In this document: positions 24,963 to 37,400 of the stretch, piece after piece
Numbering within the stretch: position 1 is the first letter of the stretch
Layout: the number at the start of each line of letters is the position of its first letter
DNA from: Mustelus asterias
Taxonomy: Eukaryota
Length of the DNA: 64,000 nucleotides
Assembly (NCBI RefSeq): GCF_964213995.1
Contig: NW_027590138.1
Coordinates: forward strand, 620,001-684,000
Direction: 5' to 3'
Notes under the pieces: model-generated
Database searches by the model: none
What the model saw: only the letters and a program-made list of their open reading frames with translations
What the model was told of the DNA's origin: nothing
Made by a program: the position numbers and the translations under genes

Positions 24963-25014
24963 ATGGATCACCCACGAGGGTTAAAAGCTTTCATTCTAGC
25001 AGCAATCATATCAG
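24963..25014 (+). CDS. Leader exon of TCR alpha/delta-type V
   Basis: MDHPRGLKAFILAAIIS + 1 nt, GTGAGT donor; phase matches the acceptor at 25717. Confidence 0.78.
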
Positions 25015-25139
25015 GTGAGTTACACTTCACATTCTCATTGATTACCTCTCAAGAAAGCCTTTTATTCTTCCACATTTAATGTTGCTTTTAGAGAAAAAGT
25101 AGAGCAATATTCGCAGTGGTTGGATTTAATTAATTATTA

Positions 25140-25430
25140 GGGGCGGCATTTTGGCACAATGTTTAGCATTGCTGCCTCACAGCGCCAGGGACCCGGATTC
25201 GATTACCGGCTTGGGTCACTGTGCAGAGTCTGCACGTTCCCCCCATGTCTGCGTGAGTTTCCTCCGGGTGCTATGTTTTCCTCCTGCAGTCCGAAACAAG
25301 TGCTGATTAGGTGCATTGGCCGTGCTATTCTCTCCCTCAGTGTAATAGAACAGGCGCTGGAGCGTGGCGACAGTAACTTCATTGCAGTGTTAATGTAAGC
25401 CCACTTGTGACACTGATAAATCAACTTAAT
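25140..25430 (+). mobile_element. tRNA-derived SINE in the leader-V intron
   Basis: GGGCGGCA head, GGATTCGATTACC B-box-like, tail shared with 645-850. Confidence 0.8.
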
Positions 25431-25717
25431 TTAGTTATTCTCATTGATTTCCTTTCAATAAATTATTTTATATTCTTATATTTAATGTTGATCTTTCGAG
25501 ATAAGTACACAGCAATATTACTGGTGACTGAGTTTATTTAATGATTGGAATTTTACAAATAGTTATTTAAAAGCTTCAGTAGTGAGAAAAGGCAGTGGGA
25601 ACTGGGGCCAACCTCCATTGGGCACACCCCATCCTCCCCCTTCCCCGCAGCTCCCCAGTTTCAAATCGATAGAGTGCCTGGAACCTCCACTTAATTCTAA
25701 TTTTCTCTATCCTTCAG

Positions 25718-26037
25718 GTAGCCTGGCTGCATCCGCAGTCATCCACCAGCCGGAGGCAGAGGTGAGGGTCCAACAGGGAGCCACCACGACAATCACCTGC
25801 TCATACACAGAGGTGGAGAGAGCTTGCTTGGTCTGGTACCGGGAACCTCTCCACCCAGCCATGGGGGGAAGTCCCGAGTATACTGTCGTCCGCTGCACCG
25901 ATGGTTTCAGCGACAGCGCCACATTTTCCAGGCGTCGCTTTTCCTCCTCCCTGAGCAAAACTTACAGAATCATCAGTCTGACAGTTGCACCAGTGACAGC
26001 TGAGGACTCCAGGAAATACTTCTGCATCTTAAACACA
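25718..26037 (+). CDS. TCR alpha/delta-type V segment with two extra cysteines
   Basis: CCTTCAG acceptor; VIHQPEAEVRVQQGATTTITCSY...ACLVWYRE...VVRCTDG...SLTVAPVTAEDSRKYFCILN; open frame. Confidence 0.85.
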
Positions 26038-26076
26038 CACACTCGCACATTCCAGGCAGCAGTCTCTGCATAAACT
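26038..26076 (+). other. RSS, 23-bp spacer, non-consensus
   Basis: CACACTC-23-GCATAAACT directly after the V. Confidence 0.7.
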
Positions 26077-26544
26077 GTAGGTTCCTCTCCCAGGCAATGG
26101 GGACGCTGGGCATGATTTGTAGCCCCATTGTCCAATGTCGGTGTTGTAGAATTGCAGCATCAACACAGGGATGGACAGGCAGACAGATGTGAATTAGATT
26201 CTTAGACACATCAGCTGATTCAGTAACACACAAAACAGATATATGGCCACTAGACAGCTAGATAAATAGAGTGGTAAACACAGGAATTGATGCATTCACA
26301 TACAAAGCAGATATATGGTCACTGGACAGTTAGGTAGATAGAGTTATAGACACGCGAACTGATGACTTAAAGAAGACAAATATATGGTCACTGGACAGTT
26401 TAGTGGATAGTTTCATCGACAGATTGACTAACACACAAAGATATATGGACACCAGAGAGTTAGATAGATTAGCAGCCACATCAACTGCTGGACTAGCACG
26501 CAAAGTGGATGTATGGTTACCAGAGACTGATTTACAGGTGATGG

Positions 26545-26790
26545 ACGGCTTGGGGTCACAGTCTGTGCAGAGTTTGCACGTTCCTATCGTGTCTGCATGG
26601 GTTTCCTCGTGATGCTCCAGTTTACATCCACTGTCCAAAAGACATACTGGTTGGGTGCTTTGACCATGCTAACTTCTCCCTCAGTGTGCCCGGGACAGGC
26701 GCCGCAATGTGGCAACTAGGGGATTTCCATAGTAACTTCATTGCAGTGTTAATGTAAGCCTACTTGTGACACTAACAAATAAACTTTATG
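26545..26790 (+). mobile_element. SINE fragment
   Basis: Same family as 25140-25430. Confidence 0.75.
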
Positions 26791-26859
26791 AATAAATAAG
26801 CAGGAAGGCACAGTGTGATCAGTTCTGAACAAGAGATGGGTACACGCTGACTTTTATAC

Positions 26860-27310
26860 ATGAAGAGAGACTTTGAAGAATGTGATTACACCAGAGAGGG
26901 TGCAGAGGAGGCTGACAAGGATGCTGCCTGGGCTGGAGCGTTTCAGCGATGAAGAGAGGCTGGTTAGTCTGGAGGTACTTTCCTTACAGCAGAGAAAATG
27001 AGGAGGGGGGTGGAACTGATTGAGGTGTACAAAATTAGGAGGGATATAGATATTGTGAATAGGAAGGGACATTTCCCCTTCGTGGAGAGGTCAATAACAA
27101 GGCGACATAAATTTAAGGTAATGGTCAGCAGATTTAGAGTGGATTTGGGATCAAAACACTTTCACCCAGTGGGTGGTGGGAATCTGGAACTGACTGCTTG
27201 AAAGGGTGGTACAGGCGGTAACCCCTCAACACATTTAGGAAGCATTCAGATGAGCATTTGAAACGCTATAGCATGCAAGGCTACGGACCAAGTGCTGGGA
27301 AATTGGACCA
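26860..27310 (+). mobile_element. CR1-type LINE 3' fragment
   Basis: ERVQRRLTRMLPG and LIEVYKI motifs. Confidence 0.8.
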
Positions 27311-27892
27311 TTGTCCATTTCCACTTGTGCTCACAGTCCAGCTGCAGCCAATGTGTTTGGGGTCTCTCACACCAGGACCAGAGCCTTTCTGATTTCACCA
27401 GGGCTAGTGCATTCGGTTGCACTTTGTCCCTTAGAATATTATTGTTCTAACTGAGTGACACTATTGCTAAGGAAAGGGGCGAATCTCGAGATGAATGAGA
27501 CAGTAATCACAATTTGCTGCAAAAATGAACATTTGTGACATTGGAATTATTCAATATTTGGCCCTTGCTGCTTTAAGAAAAAGACAATTATTATTGGCTC
27601 TAAAGAATGTGTTATCGGTTGCAAATTCTGGGTATGTTCTTGCAGAAACTGCTATTGTTGTGCAAAGGGACCTTGGTGTCCCAACACACCAATAACTGAA
27701 AGCAAGCTTGCAGCGACAGCAAGCAGTTTGAAATGCAGCTTGTTCCTCCTGTTCTTGACCATGAGGTTAACAATGTTACTCGGACTATTGGAGGGTTCCT
27801 TCTGCAGTGAGCTGCTTGACATTTCCCCAAATTCCTGCTGTGTGTGTTTGCTGAACCTCACCTTTCAGTGGTGTGTTACAGGGGAAGGAATC

Positions 27893-28172
27893 ATCATAGA
27901 ATCCCTACAGTGAGAAGGAGGCTATTTCACCATTGAGTTTGCACTCAGGCCCACTCTGCCATGTCCCCGTAACCCCTGCTAATCACCTAATCGAGACATC
28001 TACCGATATTTAGGAACACGTTAGCATGATAAATCCACCTAGCGTGCATATCTTTGGACTGTGGAAGGAAATTGGAGCATTCAGAGGAAACCCACGCAGG
28101 CACGGGGAGAACGTCTAAACTCCACACAGATAGTACTCAGGCCTGGAATAAAAACCACTGTGCCACCGATCC
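27893..28172 (-). mobile_element. Degenerate tRNA-derived SINE
   Basis: Similar to 19730-20072. Confidence 0.7.
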
Positions 28173-30012
28173 GCCCATCACAATAATGGATGTCTTTTGA
28201 CTTAAACAGGTGTCCAGTCGGAAGTAGTTCTGACGCAGCCAGAGGCAGAGAAGTGGTTCCCAGTGTAGTCCCTGTCCCTGACCTGCAATACCAGCGGCTT
28301 CGACTTCAGTGGCTATTGGCTGTACTGGTACTGTCATGGTCCCTGAAAGAGGCCAGACTGGCTAGTTTCCTACTATGATGAAGACTTCCACTGATACTGT
28401 GGGGAGACTCGAGGACGATTCACTGTTTCCAAAGAGCTTGCACACAATATATTTGCTTTGGATGTCAGGTTTCTGACGATGGAGGAAACAGCTGCTTATT
28501 AGAGTACACAGTTAACTCAGTGAGGCGGGTCAGCCCCAGATTTGTAAAAAAAACCCAAACTAGAGGAACTGCACACAGTTTGTCCCCTTCATCAAACTCC
28601 AATAGATTCATTGCTGACAACAATCCATGGAACCATAGTGTTACTCTACCACACAGAATAAGGCCATCCATCTAATGTACGGATAATATCACACCCGGAC
28701 AGTCACTTCCTCATAAATCTCATGTGGTTTAAGTTTGCTAAGTGGAATGAAATTTTTGTAATATCACTCAAACTTTTCAAATCCTGACAGGGCTGGTCAG
28801 ACTGGATTCAGGAATGTTGCTTCCTCTAGCTCCGGGGTTTGGGGAGGGGGGGGGGGGGGCGGTGGACGGAGGGGGGGGGGGGGGGTGGAGCGTCTAGAAC
28901 AGATTGTCAGCGTTTCAAAATATGTGATAGGTCATTTATGAGAAATGTCTTCACTCAGAAGCTGTGTAACTCTCCACCTCAGGAAGTTGCGGAGGCCAAG
29001 TATCTGAATATATTTAAAAATAAAATAGATAGATTTCTAGACTCTAAAGTGTGAAGGGTTGTAGGGAGAAAGGAGTATTGCAATAGAAGATCAGCCATGA
29101 TCATAATGAATGATGGAGCAGGCTCTAAGGGCCGAATGATCTATTCCCGCTCCTATTTTCTGTGATTCAATGCTAAAAAGTCGACCATGTGGTGCTTTAA
29201 CAAGTACTATTGGAAAGTGTACAGCCGCAGCATGGAACATATTATCATGATCCAAGATATTAGGCTTAATCGCCTATAAAAGCTACCTGGATCTGCACCG
29301 GATGTTCTCTAACCTCCAAGACGACGGACCAGATGCCACTGTGCTACTGCGGCCCGTTGACTGAATGAATGAAGCTCCAACAACACTCAAGAAGCTCGAC
29401 ACTATTTAGTACAAAGCAATTCAGTTGATGGCAACCAATTCCACAAATACTCACACATTGGCAGACGTGGCACAGTGGCAAACATTTAGACATGCACGAA
29501 CTCGCTAAGGCTCTTTAGGCAGCACTTTCCAAACCTACAAACACTGCCATCTAGGGGATAAGAGCAGCAGATACCTGGGACCACCACGACCTGGAGGTTC
29601 ACCTCCAAATCACTCCCATCCAAACTGGGAAAGATTCTCCAGACTACACACGTAACTACAGAATAATGGATTATTCTTTACACAGCTGGGATCTGGAATG
29701 CATTGTCTGGATGAAGATTCAACAACAAATTTCCTTGAGCATTGGATATATTGCTTGAATTGGAATATGAAGCGATCTGTGGAATGTACAGGGGAGATTA
29801 TCGGTGTTGTTATGTCAGTGAATTGAATGGGCAGTTTGGACAGCATGTGACGGTCATGCTAAGAGCCTACCTTATTAAATCATTCTGCTAAAGCAACATG
29901 GAATCAGTCCCCTAATGAAAATAATGTTCCAGACGGTACTGTTAACGGAAACATGAGGAATATGATTCAATTCGCCCTGAGTAACAATGAATCTTTGCAG
30001 CTTTATTTAACA

Positions 30013-30020
30013 ATGCAAAT
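30013..30020 (+). promoter_or_regulatory. Octamer motif upstream of the IgH-like V
   Basis: Perfect ATGCAAAT about 210 bp 5' of the leader ATG. Confidence 0.45.
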
Positions 30021-30230
30021 TCGTTGGCGCCCATTCTGTATTGATATGGATATATTGTCACGTGTTGACAGTGTCTTCTATTCTAATTGGTGTCTTGTCA
30101 AAACCCTCCCCCTGCCCTTGTACAAACCGTTGTGACTAACGATCAGAAGTTAAAGATCGGCCCAGTGCTCTGTTCAGTGAATGACTGGAGGGAGTCCCGG
30201 GAGGAGGGTGTCTAAGTTAACACAAGCTCC

Positions 30231-30282
30231 ATGAGCATGGCGCTAGCAATATCTCTCGGTCTGTTTATTGGCTTCTTATCCT
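30231..30282 (+). CDS. Leader exon of IgH-like V
   Basis: MSMALAISLGLFIGFLS + 1 nt, GTGAGT donor. Confidence 0.88.
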
Positions 30283-30401
30283 GTGAGTAGTTGGATATTC
30301 TCAGAAAGCTCCCATAGTCTCTGTTTAACATTAATCATTCCCTGTGGCGTGACACAAACTGGATTCACCTCACCATAATTATTGTTTCTTTCGGTTAGCA
30401 G

Positions 30402-30706
30402 GCGTCCAGTCGGATGTGGTGTTGATCCAGCCAGAGGCAGAGATAGGGATAGTCGGGCAAACCCTGACCCTAACCTGTAAAACCAGTGGATTTGATCTTG
30501 GGAGATACACCATGCTTTGGTACCGACACAGTCTCGGGAAGGGACCGGGCTGGCTCCTTTGGTACTACAATGAAAATAGCAAGAATTACAATCCGGAGTT
30601 TGGTGAACGAATCACTGCAACCAAATACCTTTCCAACAGTGTATTCGTGCTCTCTATTAGGACTTTAACAATGGGAGACAGCTCTACATATCACTGTGCA
30701 CAACGG
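30402..30706 (+). CDS. IgM-VH-like V segment in a TCR locus (TAILV / VH-delta-like)
   Basis: TAGCAG acceptor; VQSDVVLIQPEAE...LTLTCKTSGFDLGRYTMLWYR...ITATKYLSNSVFVLSIRTLTMGDSSTYHCAQR; FR1 and CKTSGFDLG resemble shark IgM VH. Confidence 0.88.
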
Positions 30707-30745
30707 CACAGTGATATAGATCACACCCAGCCCTGTACAAAAATC
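30707..30745 (+). other. RSS, 23-bp spacer (IgH-like V)
   Basis: CACAGTG-23-ACAAAAATC. Confidence 0.92.
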
Positions 30746-31944
30746 CACAAGAGGAATTGCAGCCATTTCCCTGCTTTCATTTTCATTCTTTGGATGTCCA
30801 CCCTTAATTTTCCTTGAATTAAATGGTTTGTTCGGCCATATCAAATGGTGTTTGAGAGTCAATCGCATTGTTGTGTGGATATGCCGTCACAGGTAGGCCA
30901 GGTCAAGTAAGGAAGGTAGATTTCTTTCCTTAAAGGGTATCCGTGAATCAGATCAGTCTTTACAACAATCGACAATTGTTTCATAGAACATAGAACAGTA
31001 CAGCACAGTAGAGGCCCTTTGGCCCTCGATGTGGTGCCGAGCTTTGTCCGAAACCAAGATCAAGCTATCCCACTCCCTATCATTCTGGTGTGCTCCATGT
31101 GCATATCAAATCACCCCTTGAAAGTTCCTAAAGTTTCCGACTCCACTATCACAGCAGACAGTCCATTCCACACCCCAACCACTCTCTGAGTAAAGAACCT
31201 ACCTCGGACATCCCTCCTATATCTCCCACCGTGAACCTTATAGTTATGCCCCCCAGTAACAGCTACATCCACCCAAGGAAATAGTCTTTGACCGTCCACT
31301 CTATCTATCCCCCTCATCATCTGATCAACCTCTATTAATTCGCCTCTCATCCTCCTCCGCTCCAATGAGAAAAAGCCCTAGCTCCCTCAACCTTTCCTCA
31401 TAATACCTACCCTCCAAACCAGGCAGCATCCTGGTAAATCTCCTGTGCACTCTCTCCAATGCTTCCACAACCTTCTTATAGTGAGGTGACCAGAACTGCA
31501 TACAATATTCCAAATGAGGTCTCACCAAGGTCCTGTACAGTTGCAGCATAAGCCCATGGCTCTTAAACTCAAACCCCCTGTTAATAAACGCTAACACACT
31601 ATAGGCCTTCTTCACGGCTCTATCCACTTGAGGGGCAACCTTCAGAGATCTGTGGATATGAACCCCAAGATCTCTCTGTTCCTCCACGTTCCTCAGAACC
31701 CTGCCGTTGACTCTGTACTCCGCATTCAAATTTGTCCTACCAAAATGAATCACCTCGCACTGATTAGGGTTAAACTCCATCTGCCATTTTTCGGCCCAGC
31801 TCTGCTTTGCAGCCTACAACAGCCCTCCACCTCATCCACTACTCCACCAATCTTGGTGTCATCAGCAAATTTACTGACCCCCTTTCAGCCCCCTCCTCCA
31901 AGTCATTGATAAAAATTACAAATAGCAGAGGACACAGCACTGAA

Positions 31945-32360
31945 CGGCCTTCACGACACACGACGGCGCAGAGTCGCTGAGCAGAAACTGATAGCCAAGT
32001 TCCGCACACATGAGGACGGCCTAAACCGGGATATTGGGTTCATATCACACTATCTGTAATCCCCACAGCTTGCCTGGACTCGCAATGTCTCACTAGCTGT
32101 CCTGTCTGGAGACAATACACATTTCTTTAACCTGTCTTAATGCTCTCTCCACTCACATTGTTTGTACCTTTAAGACATGATTAGCTGTAAGTATTCGCAT
32201 TCCAACCATTATTCTGTAAATTGAGTTTGTGTCTTTATATGCCCTTTTGTGATTAGAATTCCCACTCACCTGAAGAAGGAGCTTAAGGCTCCGAAAGCCT
32301 GTGGCTTTTGCTACCAAATAAGCCTGTTGGACTTTGACCTGCTGTTGTTAAACTTCTTTC
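31945..32360 (+). mobile_element. Penelope-like element 3' end
   Basis: RRVAEQKLIAKFRTHEDGLNRD-type C-terminus; hammerhead-like core at 32270-32296. Confidence 0.7.
32262..32304 (+). ncRNA. Minimal hammerhead-ribozyme-like motif
   Basis: CTGAAGA-A-GGAGC-ttaag-GCTCC-GAAA; stem III imperfect. Confidence 0.55.
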
Positions 32361-34419
32361 TATGAGATAGCCAGTTACTTATCCAATTGGCCAAATTTCC
32401 CTCTATCCACACCTCCCTTACTTTCTTCATGAGCCGACCTTAGGGAGCCTTATCAAACGCCTTACGATAATCCATGTATACGACACCAACTGTTCTACCT
32501 TCATCTACATACTTAGTTGACTCCTCAAAGAATTCAATCAAATTTGTGAGGCAAGACTTACCCTTCACGGATCTGTGCTGACTATCCCGGATTAAGCGGC
32601 ATCCTTCCAAATGGTCGTAAATCCTATCCCTCAGGACCTTTTCCATTAACTTACCAACCAGCGAAGTAAGACTAACCGGTCTATAATTACGAGGGTCATT
32701 TCTATTCCCTTTCTTGAACAGAGGAACAACATTCGCCACTCTCCAGTCCTCTGGCACTATCCCCGTGGACAGTGAGAACCCAAAGATCAAAGCCAAACAC
32801 TCTGCAATCTCATCCCTTCCTCCCAAAGAATCCTACGATATATCCCATCTGGCCCAGGGGACTTATCGACCCTCAGGTTTTTCAAAATTGCGAATACATC
32901 TTCCCTCAGAACATCTACCTCCTCCAGCCTATCAGTCTGTATCACACCCTCATCTTCAAAAACATGGCCCCTCTCCGTGGTGAACACTGAAGGAAAGTAT
33001 TCATTCATCACCTCTCCTATTTCTTCTGACTCCATGCACAAGTTCCCACTACTATCCTTGACCGGCCCTAACCTCACCCTGGTCATTCTTTTATTTCTTA
33101 CATAAGAGTAAAAAGCCTTGGGGTTTTCCTTGATCCGACCCGCCAAGGACTTCTCATGCCCCCTCCTAGCTCTCCTAAGCCCTTTTTTAAACTCATTCCT
33201 TGCTACCTTGTAACCCTCAAGCGACCCAACTGAACCTTGTTTTCTCATCTTACATACGCTTCCTTTTTCCTCTTGACAAGACATTCAACCTCTTTTATGA
33301 ACCATGGTTCCCTCACTCGGCCATTTCCTCCCTGCCTGACAGGGACATACCTATCAAGGACACGCAATATTTGTTCCTTGAACAAGCTCCAATTTTCATT
33401 TGTGCCTTTCCCTGACAGTTTCTGTACCCATCATATGCTGCCTAATTCTTGCCTAATCGCATCATAATTACCCCTCCCCCAATTATAAACCTTGCCCTGC
33501 CGTATGGCCCTATCCCTCTCCATTGCAATAAGGAAATACACCGAATTGTGGTCACTATCTTCAAAGTGCTCTCCCACAAACAAATCTAATACTTGGCCCG
33601 GTTCATTACCCAGTACCAAGTCCAACGTGGCCACACCTCTTGTCGGCCTATCCACATATTGTGTCAGGAAACCCTCCTGCACACTCTGTACAAAAACTGC
33701 CCCATCCGAACTGTTCGACCTATAAAGGTTCCAATCAATATTTGGAAAGTTAAAGTCACCCATGACAACTAACCTGTGACCTCCACACCTATCCATAATC
33801 TGCTTTGCAATGGTAGTCATTAGATTTTTGATTCCAGATTTTTACTTCATTCAAAGTTCAGTAACAATCTTTGTGGGATTCGAGTCCCCTTTGCACAGTA
33901 GTTATTCCATTGATCTATGTTCTTACGTGGAACACCACCCCCGACTGAACATCTGGAAAAGTGAAGAAGCACTGATTATGGAGAGGGGGGGGGGGCGTTG
34001 AATCCAGTTCCACCAATTTCACTAGGGAGGGGGAACACCGAGATGGAGACTTTGCAAAACTTCTGAAACTGTCGAGTTTCTTACAGGATCTGAAAGCAGG
34101 AAACACATCCAAGAGATACCATTGAAAATATTCTCCAGGAGCCTGTGTTGATTTAGACACAAACCAGATTCCTGGTCATTCACTGAACAAAGAACCGGGG
34201 AGTTTTCAGATGCTTTTACTCAGTATACTTTTATGCCGTTAACAATACTGTCCCAGCATAAATGCCAATCGGTGACTGATACCCAGGATGATTTTTGAGT
34301 ATGTCTTAATCAGATACGATTGTAGAGTTATATCCATCACATTCCATTGAAACCACTGATTCGATTGAGAACAATCCAAATGGTCTCACTGCCCCACTTA
34401 CTCCACAAATCCTGGAGAT

Positions 34420-37400
34420 TTGTGGAATACGTCTGTTGTTCCCAATGTAGGATGTGGGAGGTCCTGGAGGCTCCTGGTCTCCCGGACGTCCATATCTGTG
34501 ATGGGTGTGTTGAGCTGTGGTTCCGAAGGGACCGTGTTAGAGAACTGGAAGTGCAGCTCGAGGATCTTCGTCTGGTTAGGGAAAATGAGGAGGTGATAGA
34601 CAGGAGCTATCATCAGGTGGTCACACCAGGGCCATGGGAGGCAGGCAAGTGGGTAACGGCCAGGAGGAGGAAAGCTCAGGTGATAGAGAGCACCCCGGTG
34701 GATGTGCCCCTTCACAATACGTACTCCTGTCTGAATACTGCTGTGGGGGACAGCCCACCTGGGGGAAGCAGCAGTGGCTGTGTCTCTGGAGCAGGGTCCG
34801 GCCCTGTAACTCAGAGGGCTAAAGAAAGGAGAAGGAAGGCAGTATTAATCGGGGACTCAACAGTAAGGGGGTCGGACAGGTGTTTTTGCGGAGGCTGACT
34901 GGAGTCTCGGATGATTGTCTGCCTCCCGGGTGCCGGGATCCGCGATGTCTCTGGTCACGTCCCAGAAATCCTGAGGAGGGAGGGAGAGGAGCCAGAGGTC
35001 GTGGTACATATTGGTACCGCTGACATAGGTAGGAAGAGGGAAGGGGTCATGAAAAGAGAATATAGGGAGTTAGGTAGACAATTGAGAAGGAGGAACGCAA
35101 AGGTAGTAATCTGAGTATTACTGCCTGTGCCACGGGAAAGTGAGAGCAGGAATGGAGTGAGGTGGAGGATGAATGCGTGGCTGAGGGATTAGAGCAGGGG
35201 GCAGGGATTCGGGTTCCTGGATCATTGGGACCTCTTTAGGGGCAGGTGTGACCTGTATAAAAAAGACGGGTGGCACTTGAATCCCAGGGGGACCAATATC
35301 CTGGCAGGAAGGTTGGCTAAGGCTACTGGAGAGACATTAAACTAGAAAGGTTGGGGGAGGGAATCGAGATGAGGTGACTGGGAGCGAGGAGGGTATCCCA
35401 CAAATAGAGAGGGATTGTAGACAGCGGAAGAGGGAGAATAGACGGGTGATAGAGAACGGGAGAGCTCAGACCAATGGTTTGAGATATGTCTATTTTAATG
35501 CCAGGAGTGTAGTAAATAAAGTGGATGAGCTTAGAGTGTGGATCGATGCTTGGAAGTGTGATGTGGTGGCCATTACGGAGACTTGGGAACAGGGACAGGA
35601 CTGGACACTTCAGGTGCCGGGTTTCAGATGTTTCAGAAAGGGCAGAGAGGGAGGCAGAAGAGCGGGGGGAGTGGCACTGCTGATCAGGGATATTGTCACA
35701 GCTGTAGAGAAGGTGGACGCCGTGGAGGGGTTGTCTACGGAGTCTCTGTGGGTGGAAGTTCGGAGCGGGAAGGGGTTGATAACTTTGCTGGATGTTTTCT
35801 ATAGGCCGCCCAATAGTGACAGGGCTGCTGAGGAGCAGATAGGGAAACAGATCCTGGAGAGATGTAGGAATAACGGTTGTCGTGTTGGGAGAGTTTAATT
35901 TCCCAAACATTGATTGGAATATCCCTAGGGTAAGGGGCTTGGATGGGGAGGAGTTTGTGAGTTGTGTACAGGAGGGTTTCCTGACACAGCATGTGGATAA
36001 GCCTACAAGAGGAGAGGCTGTACTCGATCTGGTACTGGCTAATGAGCCTGGACAGGTGTCGGATCTCTCAGTGGGGGAGCATCTTGGGGATAGTGATCAT
36101 AACTCTATCTCCTTTATGCTAACATTGGAAAGAGATAGGATCAGGCAAGCTAGGAAAGTGTTTATTTGGAGTAAGGGGAAATATGAAGCCATCAGGCAGG
36201 AGATAAGCGACATAAATTTGAAGGAGGTACTCTCGAGGGAAAGTACCGAAGTAAGGTGGCAGATTTTCAAGGAATGTTTGTCTGGAGTTCGACATCACAA
36301 CGTTCCGATGAGACAGGGAGATTTTGGTAGGTTACGGGAACCGTGGTGCACGAAAGCTATGCTGAACCTAGTCAAAAGGAAAAGGAAAGCGTACAATAGG
36401 TTCAGAGAGTTGGCGATGATGGGGATCTAGATGAGTATACGGCTTGTAGGAAGGGACTGAAGAAGGAAATTAGGAGAGCCAGAAGGGGTCACGAGAAGGC
36501 CTTGGCAGGTAAGATTAAGGAGAACCTTAAGGCGTTCTATAAATATGTGAAGAGTTAAAGGATGAGATGTGAAGGAATAGAACCTATAAAAGCTGAAGGT
36601 GAGAAAGTCTGTATGGAACCGGAAGAAATAGCAGAGGTGCTTAATGAATGCTTTACCTCGGTATTCACGTGGAAAAAGACCTGGGTGGTTGTACTACAGG
36701 ATTGCGGCGGACTGAGAAGATTGAGTTTGTCGACATTAAGAAAGAAGATGTGTTGGAAATTTTGAATAAAATCAAGTTAGATAAGTCGCCGGGACCGGAT
36801 GGGATGTACCCCAGGTTACCGTGGGAGGCGAGGGAAGAGATTGCAGAGCCTCTGTCGATGATCTTTGCGTCGTCGATGGAGACGCGAGAGGTTCCGGAGG
36901 ATTGGAGGATTGTAGATGTGGTTCCTTTATTCAAGAAAGGGAATAGGGATAGACCACGAAATTACCGACCGGCGAGTCTAACCTCAGTGTTTGGTAAGTT
37001 GATGGAGAAGATCCTGAGGGACAGGATTTATGAACATTTAGAGAAGTTTAGTATGCTCAGAAGTAGTCAGCACGGCTTTGTCAAAGGCAAATCGTGCCTT
37101 ACGAGCCTGGTGGAGTTCTTTGAAAATGTGACTAAACACGTTGACGAAGGAAAAGCGGTAGATGTAGTTTACATGGACTTCAGCAAGGCGTTCGATAAGG
37201 TCCCCCATGCAAGACTTCTTGAGAAAGTGAGAGGGCATGGGATCCAAGGGGCTGTTGCCTTGTGGATCCAGAACTGGCTTGCCTGCAGAAGGCAGAGAGT
37301 GGTTGTAGATAGGTCTTTTTCTGAATGGAGGTCGGTCACCAGTGGAGTGCCCCAGAGATCTGTTCTGGGACCCTTGCTGTTTGTCATTTTCATAAATGAC

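Larger units (their letters stand above)
30982..33810 (-). mobile_element. CR1-type LINE (5'-truncated, frameshifted), interrupted by a Penelope-like fragment
   Basis: MGDFNFP, DKSPGPDG, NYRPVSLTS and LVRPHLEYC motifs on the minus strand. Confidence 0.9.
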
